Shown here: positions 1 through 7,800 of the stretch, piece after piece
How positions within the stretch are numbered: position 1 is the stretch's first letter
Layout of the letters: the number at the start of each line of letters is the position of its first letter
Assembly: GCF_000143415.4 (NCBI RefSeq)
Contig: NW_003314336.1
Coordinates: 29,266-47,067, forward strand
DNA from: Selaginella moellendorffii
Taxonomy: Eukaryota > Plantae > Lycopodiophyta
Length of the DNA: 17,802 nt
Direction of reading: 5' to 3'
Translations under genes and position numbers: made by a program
The notes under the pieces: model-generated
What the model was told of the DNA's origin: nothing
Databases searched by the model: none
Seen by the model: only the letters and a program-made list of their open reading frames with translations

Positions 1-515
1 TGAATGGCATTAGAGAGAATATATGTTGGATCTAAGAAATGCTTAATAGTTTGTAGCAACAAATGGATTAAAGATGAAACATTAGTTATAAACACAATAT
101 TGGATTCATTCTTTAAAAGTAAGTTATATGGTGAATGTGAACCATTAGATTACAGCAAAGAGTAGTCATATATTGGAAAGAATAAGTTTCCGTTATTGGT
201 TGGTTCGTTGTGCAACTTTGGTTATGTATGTTTGTAGGATTTATATATAGTAAAGAGTACTTTGTGGCCAACCCAGAAATAACATTTTATAATAAGAAAT
301 TGAGAAAACTATCAATGTCTTAATTTACTATTCACCTGTAAGGTTGTCTTGAGCATATATACACACATACACACACACTTTTTCTCCAGCAATGGCAAAA
401 AAAAATTTATATATACTTGAGCTAGAAAGTAATCAGTATAAAAGTTGAATTCTCTCCCTACTTGAGTAGTTTACATGGGATGAGAAGTAGAACTTTCCCA
501 TCCAGTATACTGCAT

Positions 516-2132
516 ATTCAAGACTCCAAGAAGAAGCTGGCTGAATGGTAGGCTTCTGCAGTTCGGCTCTTGGACATCAAAGGTGATTTTTGTCTGCTCT
601 CTTTTCCTTATTACCTTAGGTTACTGCCACAGATTCTAGAGAGTGCCTTCAAGAAAGAGACTGTTGGACTTGTCACCAGGGAGTAGTTGGTGAAAAAGGT
701 AGCTGACCTGTTTCATCACTCAGAGTGTCAACTTGTGCACCAAGATAGAGGAGGAGAAAGAGAAGCTGCAGAAATAGTAAGCCCACATCCTGCCTCTATA
801 GCCGTGTTTCTGAATCCATCTGTGTTTGCAGGGAAGAGGAATGTCAGCTCCAGAAGAGGAAAAAGAGATCAGCAGAAGGCCCTTCCCACCTATCATTTGT
901 CGACATTGATGAAGGTGAAAATGATAGGGCTGGTATGGTTTGGCAGCTTCAATCAAGTCCACTAATGCATGAGAGGTGGCAGATGACTGGAAAAAGAAGA
1001 AGCTAGTGTGTAGAGACAAGTTTCTTATCTGACAGGTATTGCTTTCACTTTGTGCTTCGTCTTTGTTTTGTTGGGTGGATCAACTGCTAACACATTCTCA
1101 AGGGGGCAGAGGATGACTATTCAGGGAGTGTGAGGCAGATGAGCAAGCAGAACACAGATGCCTTCGCAAGCAGTGGATCCAAGAGTAGACACACATCAAA
1201 TGTAAGTGTTGCTGAACTTTACATGTTTAGATGAGCCGCTATACAGCTCCTGGAATGGCACGAGGCACATAAGTGTGCACCTCATCTCAGTATTACCCTT
1301 GCTGACTGCAGTTTCTCCTTGGTCAGATGCAAAAGGGTGATACAATTGCTGAATTCCTACAGGCTGTCCAGCACCAATTGGCGTCTAAGTTCCGTGAGAT
1401 TTAAACTGCGTCTGTTGAGAACCTGCTCTGCGTGAAAAGAGATTTGATCATACCTCATGTATGTTTCCTTTCCATTGTTGTTCAAGTTTTTTCCAACCTT
1501 GTTTGACAGCAACACAGCTTCCATGAGCTCATNNNNNNNNNNNNNNNNNNNNNNNNNNNNNNNNNNNNNNNNNNNNNNNNNNNNNNNNNNNNNNNNNNNN
1601 NNNNNNNNNNNNNNNNNNNNNNNNNNNNNNNNNNNNNNNNNNNNNNNNNNNNNNNNNNNNNNNNNNNNNNNNNNNNNNNNNNNNNNNNNNNNNNNNNNNN
1701 NNNNNNNNNNNNNNNNNNNNNNNNNNNNNNNNNNNNNNNNNNNNNNNNNNNNNNNNNNNNNNNNNNNNNNNNNNNNNNNNNNNNNNNNNNNNNNNNNNNN
1801 NNNNNNNNNNNNNNNNNNNNNNNNNNNNNNNNNNNNNNNNNNNNNNNNNNNNNNNNNNNNNNNNNNNNNNNNNNNNNNNNNNNNNNNNNNNNNNNNNNNN
1901 NNNNNNNNNNNNNNNNNNNNNNNNNNNNNNNNNNNNNNNNNNNNNNNNNNNNNNNNNNNNNNNNNNNNNNNNNNNNNNNNNNNNNNNNNNNNTGTTTGTT
2001 TGGATGATAGCTCTTTCATTTTGATGTTCACGAAGACATACGCACAATCACTGGCGCCACAACTGAGAAGGACGAGGTACCTTGTTGTTAGCATACTAAC
2101 CTGGCCAGCTTCTCTCAGCTAGTACAGTGGAA
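516..2132 (+). pseudogene. XCT: Unprocessed (intron-retaining) pseudogene of XAP5 CIRCADIAN TIMEKEEPER / FAM50
   Basis: Exon remnants between GT-AG introns translate to XCT motifs in the correct order: LLQFGSWTSK (553-582); ILESAFKKETVGLVTRE*LVKK (633-698); VNLCTKIEEEKEKLQK (from 727); EEECQLQKRKKR..SHLSF (from 833); VETSFLSD (to ~1035); ECEADEQAEHRCLRKQWIQE*THIK (1126-1200); EPLYSSWNGTRH (from 1233); QKGDTIAEFLQAVQHQLASKFREI*TASVENLLCVKRDLIIPH (1330-1458); QHSFHEL (from 1510); LFHFDVHEDIRTITGATTEKDE (2011-2076); degenerate SHAGKVV start at ~2113-2132. In-frame stops are TAG 684-686, TAG 1186-1188 and TAA 1402-1404. There is a frameshift near 546, small deletions, and no N-terminus. Confidence 0.93.
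1533..1992. other. Assembly gap (N run) inside the XCT pseudogene
   Basis: Run of N. ORFs crossing it are artefacts. Confidence 0.99.
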
Positions 2133-2684
2133 CTTTAACTTCCTTTCCTAGCTGTGAGCTGGAAGCCACGTAGAGCAAACGGTGGCAGGGAGAGTCAAGA
2201 CCAATGACATCGGCAGCAGCCAGTTGTTTGGCCTTTTCTTTGAGTATACCAAAACTTCTCAAAACTGGTTCTCAATACCAAAACTCTTGCCATAGTCTTA
2301 GATGAGAGTACTTTTGTTTGGCTTGCACGACATGTCTGTCCTTATCCAAAATTAAGAATTATACTCACTATAATAGGTGGATCCAAGCACATATGTGGAT
2401 GACAATGCAAGTACATTGTGACTCCTTTTCTGAAAGGCCACAGCTGAAGCAAGAAAACAGAACAATTGATAGTTATAGAGAAAATTAAAACCATTCTTGC
2501 TTGGCTGTGGTGATATTAGCTATCTTTTGGGGCTGATATACTCATCCTCATTTTAGGCGCTTGTAGTTGTCATCATAGCCAGGTTGTTGGGAAAGGTGGT
2601 GATGTCATACTGGCTTCATATAATAGTATGCATCTAAGTAAGTTGGTTCTTTTGGGACCCATGCTCTCCCAAGAGCTAATTCCA

Positions 2685-2716
<32 letters not shown>

Positions 2717-2726
2717 CACACACACA
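2685..2726. repeat. Compound microsatellite (CT)8(CA)7TG(CA)5
   Basis: Read directly. It ends 9 bp upstream of the LTR start at 2736. Confidence 0.9.
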
Positions 2727-2735
2727 GACAATTGT

Positions 2736-2951
2736 TGTTAGGTGCCAACTTTGACTCCATGGTCAACATGGGTCAAAGAGAAGCTCAAGGGTATATTAAG
2801 GCATGGACTTAAGGTAAGGGCTATAGCGCTTAAGAGTGCAGTGGAGTTTTTGAGGTAGCTTAGGGGTAGTTAGGTGGTGAGGAACTCTAAGAGGAGGCAT
2901 AATATAGTTTAGGAAGATTAAATCTTTGTCTTTTGGCACCAAGTCCTAACA
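2736..2951 (+). repeat. 5' LTR of a decayed Ty3/gypsy element (left element)
   Basis: Starts TGTTAGG and ends CCTAACA (perfect 7-bp inverted termini, TG..CA). It is followed at 2953 by TGGTATCAAAG, a near-match to the tRNA-iMet PBS TGGTATCAGAG. It shares AAGCTCAAGGGTATATTAA (2781-2799) with the LTR at 16813-17035. Confidence 0.85.
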
Positions 2952-3421
2952 ATGGTATCAAAGGAGTTGGTTGCGATGGCTGACCAAGATGAACACTAGA
3001 ATCCTAATGTCAATGGTGGTGCTGATGGAGATACAAAGGTTTGAACTATTCATGATGTTGTTTTGAGCTGTAAGCCAAAATTAGTAAAAGATGCAAGATG
3101 AGATGCATAGCATGATGGCTACCATACATGAGTGTGTTGAGGCACTCAAGGCTGGACGTGGTGGCATTCCAAGTTAAGACTTCTTTGGTGGATTGACTCA
3201 AGATCTCAACTTTTTTCAGTGATGGTGGTGTGGATGAGTGTTTGGCTTGGCTAGCCAATGTGAAAAAGTTCTTCGAGATAAAGTTGAGCATTAAGGTGTA
3301 TCATTGGCATATGGTGGTGTCAAGGATGTGTGGTTTAGAGGCCTCTAATCGTTATGCTCTCTGCTACATTTTTTAAGTGGGCTTATTATAATGGAAAAGC
3401 ACTTTTGAGCTACTTGCTATT

Positions 3422-3521
3422 NNNNNNNNNNNNNNNNNNNNNNNNNNNNNNNNNNNNNNNNNNNNNNNNNNNNNNNNNNNNNNNNNNNNNNNNNNNNNNN
3501 NNNNNNNNNNNNNNNNNNNNN
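3422..3521. other. Assembly gap (100 N)
   Basis: Run of N. Confidence 0.99.
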
Positions 3522-3692
3522 AGTCTCTGTTTGGTGCCTTGATCTTGCTTGTAAAGAAAAAGGACAGTTTAGTGCAGATATATATTGACTACCATGCCTT
3601 GAACAAAAAGACAGTAAAGGATAAGATAAAGAGCATCATCCAATTTGGGTTGAATCTATAAATTGCAAAGGTTTGATATATTTGGGCCTGAA

Positions 3693-3900
3693 CACTGATA
3701 CATGTCATGGGGTGAAAGGCCAAAGCACTCGTTTCTGGAGAGAGAGATTGGGAGTGAGAGTTTGGGTATCCATTGAAGAAGTGGCTAACACCCCATTGCT
3801 TATAAAGGTAAATAGCTGAAGCTAAGTAAAACCAAGTAGGAGTTGATATAATAAGAGCGGGCTTTAGTTAGGGAATTTAACTACAACTAAGGCAAAGGTG
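3693..3900 (-). repeat. Probable minus-strand LTR remnant with degenerate PBS
   Basis: The minus strand reads ...CCCCATGACA (LTR-like end at 3703) followed by TGTATCAGTG, which resembles TGGTATCAGAG. Upstream are TATA-like and CT-rich tracts typical of LTR U3/R. The far boundary is not identifiable. Confidence 0.4.
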
Positions 3901-4005
3901 GTGAGGTAAACTAGCAAATTGCAAAAAAAATAAAAAAAATAAAAAAATGTGACTTATAATTTTAGAAAATCTTCATGTCTTGTCCTCAAATCTTTAGTTG
4001 TACAG

Positions 4006-4322
4006 GCAAATTTGAAATTAACTAATAAAATGAATCAGTTTGGTTCAAAAAATAAAAAAGCACAAATTCATATGAGTGCAAAGTATATTTATATTGTCGA
4101 AGACACCTAGATGAGTCACTGTGTATGTAAATAGAGAGGGCCAGACAAGAGACATGCAAAATCTGGTCCAGGCTCTGCCTCAATTTCGTGAGCAACTCAA
4201 CAAGTGTCGTCTCCATAGGGTACTACTTTTTTTTATATATATCCAGCCACTTGAATATACTGCATAGATAGCTACCGTATTGAAAACAAAAACTTACTGA
4301 ACAATCTCTTAGTGACATAGCT
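4006..4322 (+). pseudogene. Three-exon internal fragment of a Sec1/Munc18 (SM) family gene, KEULE/SEC11-like
   Basis: Exons 4006-4082 and 4135-4219, joined by a 52-nt GT-AG intron, read ANLKLTNKMNQFGSKNKKAQIHMSAKEGQTRDMQNLVQALPQFREQLNKCRLHR. This matches the plant SM motif ..KMTNFx[32 protein letters not shown]. A third exon from 4268 reads IATVLKTK/LTEQSLSDIA with a 1-nt frameshift near 4292. No start, and no other exons are visible. Confidence 0.82.
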
Positions 4323-4885
4323 GCGATTTTGCCTTCAGACGAGGGTCAAGCAAAGAGCTAGTCAGTCCAGTTTTGGGTTTACTTTCGTCAGCAATCAGTC
4401 TGCTGGTGTAACAATAATACAAGGAATACCTTAGTCATACTGAGCCATCTGTTTCCTCAGGCCGCTCTCATACATGAGCTTCTCGTATGCACTTTATTTT
4501 TACGTCCTCCTGAAAAGGTTTGCACTGGCGCCAGCACTCCGATGAAGTGTTTGGTCAGCTTCTCACTCATCTGGCTTCTTCAAAGGTGAATATCGTCCTG
4601 CTTGCCTTGGGATTCGTCGTTGTCTCTGATCAGTCATGTCACGCCATTGGAGAGTTTTAAGCCACTTGAGCAACTATGTCAGTTCTGGTAATCAGATCTT
4701 GGACATCAAGAGGTCCTCATTTTGTTATCTGCCACGGGATACAGAGATGGCAGACGAGCCGTCCACTGCACCTTCGTCTGGCTGCTCGCTTGTGCTCCTT
4801 GTCCTAAAGCATGATACTTGTTAACCCTAATTACAAAGGGTGTTGAGCTTAACCACTTTCAATTTAGGATTTTTTACTTCGCTGC

Positions 4886-7800
4886 ATGGAGAAGCTTGAA
4901 TTGAAGTAAGTTGATTGTATAATTTCCTGTTCTTATTAGAAGTGTTTGAAGGTATGCAATTGGGTATCACGGATGCCCGCTACACTATATCGACAATAAT
5001 CTCGCTCTTGGTTTGTGTGGCAACACTCTTTGCTGCTACTCCCTTGCCGGAGGTCCGAATCTTCCGATTCTGAGAGGGGAAAATTTCGGAATTTCTGCCG
5101 TTGCTTATAGCTCCGCTAATGATTGGATCGCGTATGCGGAAAAGGTTCTTACTTCCCTACTTTTAAACCAACTGCTTACGCTTAGTAATTTTAGGGATTG
5201 CGACCAGCAGTTTTTGTGCACGAATTTAAAAGTCAGAGATTGATTGCGAAGCTCACAGGCATGTTACTATTTTCTCTTTAAACCTCCTGACAATTTTTCC
5301 TAACAGAGTTGGCAGAGCTTGAGGTGTGCTCGCTGACATTCTCAAAACGTGGCTGTCGTCTCCTTACGTGCTCCTTGGAGCCTGACTTTCGTTTGGTGAG
5401 ACTTTGTCTAAGATGAGTTTTTCTTACGTTGGTTTCTATGTGAAGGTTTTATGGGATTTAGAATCAGAAGATCCTGTGAGGCTTGCGGACGGACAATTGA
5501 AATGGGCTGCAGAAAATGCAAGTTTTAGTCCAGCAAATTCGGATCATATTTGTGTCAATGGCAGCGGGAAAATTGCGGTGTGGACATTCGAACAAAGCTT
5601 TAAGGTTTTCATTTATGATAGATTATTTTCGTCCATTGTTTTTTTTTTTTTTTTTTTTGCCAGAGGATATCATTTACATGTAAAGTTCTGTATATGGCTC
5701 CTTTTAAACCTCAATGCCATGCTTGGGCCCTCAACGGATTACACATCTATGTTGGTGGTGCCATGGGCGAGGTTCTAATTGTTGAAACCAAAATGGTCGT
5801 TGATGTAAGTTGTGATGCTGGCCAGGCAGGCAACATCTTGTTACACGATCTGATTGAGGAGGGAATTGAGCTTACTGTTCATGAGACTGTATGCAAACAG
5901 CATACATGGGACACTCATCCAGAATGGAAATTTCTCTGTTTTCTNNNNNNNNNNNNNNNNNNNNNNNNNNNNNNNNNNNNNNNNNNNNNNNNNNNNNNNN
6001 NNNNNNNNNNNNNNNNNNNNNNNNNNNNNNNNNNNNNNNNNNNNNNNNNNNNNNNNNNNNNNNNNNNNNNNNNNNNNNNNNNNNNNNNNNNNNNNNNNNN
6101 NNNNNNNNNNNNNNNNNNNNNNNNNNNNNNNNNNNNNNNNNNNNNNNNNNNNNNNNNNNNNNNNNNNNNNNNNNNNNNNNNNNNNNNNNNNNNNNNNNNN
6201 NNNNNNNNNNNNNNNNNNNNNNNNNNNNNNNNNNNNNNNNNNNNNNNNNNNNNNNNNNNNNNNNNNNNNNNNNNNNNNNNNNNNNNNNNNNNNNNNNNNN
6301 NNNNNNNNNNNNNNNNNNNNNNNNNNNNNNNNNNNNNNNNNNNNNNNNNNNNNNNNNNNNNNNNNNNNNNNNNNNNNNNNNNNNNNNNNNNNNNNNNNNN
6401 NNNNNNNNNNNNNNAGGGGAAGAGGGGGAGAGACGGCAGGCAGCCCGTCATAACAGTGTAGAACGGCCGCGTAACCCTAGTAGGGATGCCGAGCGAACTT
6501 CGAGAGCTTATCCCGGCAGTGCTTTCAATCACCTCTTGGGTGCATCGACAGCAATGAAGAAAATGTGAGCTGATTAGGTTCGTTTGGAAGACTAATCCAT
6601 GTCCTACAGAGTGCGCTAGTTGTTGGATCTGCAACTGGATATCTTAACGTTGCTAAAGTTGACAGCGGTGGACGGTCAGCCATTATATTTAGGACGAAGC
6701 TGCACAACACTTCAATAGATAAGGTATAGATCAGGTACAAGCACGTATTTCCTCCTCGGTGACTAGTATTCCTTGCAGGTCGGTTTTTCGCCAGATGCGA
6801 GATATGTCATTGCGATATCCCGGACTGATGGAAGATTATATTTCCTGAAAAGTTCTCCGGTCGATGTAGGGGACCTGAACTTGCTAGGCTATGCTGTTTT
6901 ACAGGATGTAGTTCTGGCTTTTGCATGGGACATTGTTTCTAGTGGTATGTATAGATAATTTTTTGTGCAGGACACTTGATATGATCAACAGGGGAAGACC
7001 TTGTTGTTTTGCTGTCCTTGGGCCGCGGTGAGATTGTTAAGCTTAAAGTCCCAACAACAAAAGCCCCTGGGGGTGGATTCTTTTTTGAAAATAAAGCTTT
7101 GAGGCGAATAAGGTATTCTTTCAAGGAAATAGAAAGCAAGGATTTATCTTCTCTTTCATATTCCCAGCTTTCGTATTGCATCTCCTGCATTAGCAATGCA
7201 AGTAGGAAAATACTACCTTGAAAAGGAAGGAGTTGAAAGGAAAGTGCTTTGGGCCTTGGGACAAGACAAGAAGCTGCAACAGTATCGACTACCGGACTCA
7301 CTTCAAGCATGGACAGGGCCAGATGCCATGCCTTTTACCCCACATTTTATCATTCCTGGCCATGCCAAACCCGGGACTGCCCTTTGTAAGAAAAACTGAT
7401 TTTGGTGGCGAGAAACTAACGCCCAACTGCAGTTTTATCTGCTGAAAGGTCCTTACTCGTCACCGGTGCCGAAGATGGATCCTTACAAATAAGAACACAA
7501 GTCCTGGATCCTTTGTCTACTCCTCAGAAAGTGCGTGAAATGCAGATATATGATGGCTATGCCGGCGGCCTCACATGTGTGACTATGGCAGGAGGTAAAG
7601 TCTACACTGGTGGTGCAAATGGAATCATTTTTGTTTGTGAGGTCATGGATAAGAGCGTCGCAGGTATCAGCAGTTACTTATCATCGCTCATCATCCCTGC
7701 ATATGTCTACAGGTCGTAGTCCTCCAGGTCTTTCTCCACGTGAAAGCAACCTGGTTTCACATATCGAGGACGATGAAGACGAGCCAGCTTTAACCGATAA

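Larger units (their letters stand above)
2736..3625 (+). mobile_element. Truncated, decayed Ty3/gypsy LTR retrotransposon (5' LTR, PBS, gag remnant, post-protease linker, RT start)
   Basis: gag-like KISTFFSDGGVDECLAWLANVKKFFE at ~3199-3277. 3275-3420 is homologous to 15589-15745. RT motif 1 remnant LFGALILLVKKKDSLVQIYIDYHALNKKTVKDK at ~3525-3625. Many stops. N gap at 3422-3521. Confidence 0.85.

Noticed and set aside
1-500. AT-rich leader with a 53-codon frame from 4 and a short (CA) run near 360-377
   Set aside because: No recognisable protein or element motif, so treated as intergenic or unclassifiable debris.
687-1019. 92-aa (+) and 99-aa (-) ORFs
   Set aside because: Off-frame or antisense read-through across XCT pseudogene exons and introns.
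1357-2122. Long ORFs on both strands spanning the first N gap (also those spanning 3422-3521 and 5945-6414)
   Set aside because: Their length comes from untranslatable N runs. The real content is XCT pseudo-exons, TE debris or CFAP43 exons.
2101-2123. CTGGCCAG palindrome followed by CTAGT, resembling a Helitron 3' end
   Set aside because: The palindrome is only 8 bp with no loop. The sequence is better explained as the intron 3' end plus a decayed SHAGKV exon start.
2390-2405. TATGTGGATGAC (YVDD), an RT catalytic-like motif
   Set aside because: Isolated tetrapeptide with no flanking RT motifs that I could recognise.
4640-4725. Minus-strand ATGAGGA...CTGA motifs suggesting a C/D box snoRNA
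   Set aside because: The box C is imperfect, the spacing is short, and I could see no terminal stem or rRNA-complementary guide.
6415-6515. Apparent frameshifts in CFAP43 right after the gap, suggesting pseudogenisation or a TE end
   Set aside because: With a few single-base corrections the stretch resembles a WD40 end (..DG.VTVWDAE..LSRQCF). The errors cluster at the contig edge while all other exons are clean, so low-quality sequence is likelier. Resequencing is needed.
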